Shown: piece by piece, positions 35,257-35,316 of the stretch
Numbering within the stretch: the first letter of the stretch is position 1
Layout: each line of letters starts with the position of its first letter
NCBI GenBank assembly: GCA_964496415.1
Contig: CAZBZN010000006.1
Span: forward strand, 1-35,316
Length of the DNA: 35,316 bases
Source: Candidatus Micrarchaeota archaeon
GTDB taxonomy: Archaea; B1Sed10-29; JAJRYS01
Direction of reading: 5' to 3'
The notes under the pieces: model-generated
Told to the model about the DNA's origin: nothing
What the model saw: the letters and a program-made list of their open reading frames with translations, nothing else
The model's database searches: none
Program-made: the position numbers and the translations under genes

Positions 35257-35316
35257 AAAGAATTATTGAAGATTCTTTCTTTTAGTTAATCGTCGAGGCA
35301 AAAGCTTTAAATACTC

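Noticed and set aside
1..35316. CRISPR arrays, tRNA/rRNA genes, inteins, transposases, diversity-generating retroelement
   Set aside because: Intergenic gaps are short and AT-rich with no periodic repeats or cloverleafs. Protein lengths leave no room for inteins, and no reverse transcriptase or near-identical template/variable repeat pair was seen.

Overview
Gene-dense, AT-rich archaeal chromosome segment. The markers are GatDE, archaeal-type ThrRS, ApgM, pelota, ABCE1, TATA boxes about 25 nt upstream of starts, and GGAGG/GGTGA Shine-Dalgarno (SD) sites. Its compact style is DPANN-like, but that is inference only. From left to right: (1) a secreted, membrane-anchored transglutaminase-like pseudo-enzyme running off the left edge, then thpR. 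(2) An unusual class III ribonucleotide reductase locus. It contains nrdG, an unannotated 42-aa stand-alone glycyl-radical peptide, and an NrdD lacking that domain whose stop codon is preceded by a -1 slippery heptamer. It also contains an unannotated 36-aa leader ORF with self-complementary ends, a second NrdD-like protein with no catalytic motifs, and a divergent Lrp regulator. (3) A tRNA/translation block: Elp3, gatD-kinase-gatE, a TrmB-ACT-SAMP-TtuA operon and thrS, with a tetraether lipid synthase (Tes)-like radical SAM gene. (4) A complete archaeal type IV pilus locus with ATPase, two platform proteins, an EppA-like peptidase and 10 pilin-like genes, including a pilin-LVIVD adhesin and one pilin missing from the ORF track. 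It is followed by a membrane-anchored OB-fold protein, a TctA-like permease, a JAMM protease and apgM. (5) ABCE1 and pelota flanking an orphan pilin paralog. I saw no rRNA, tRNA, CRISPR array or mobile element. All assignments come from motif recognition by eye; no database searches were run.
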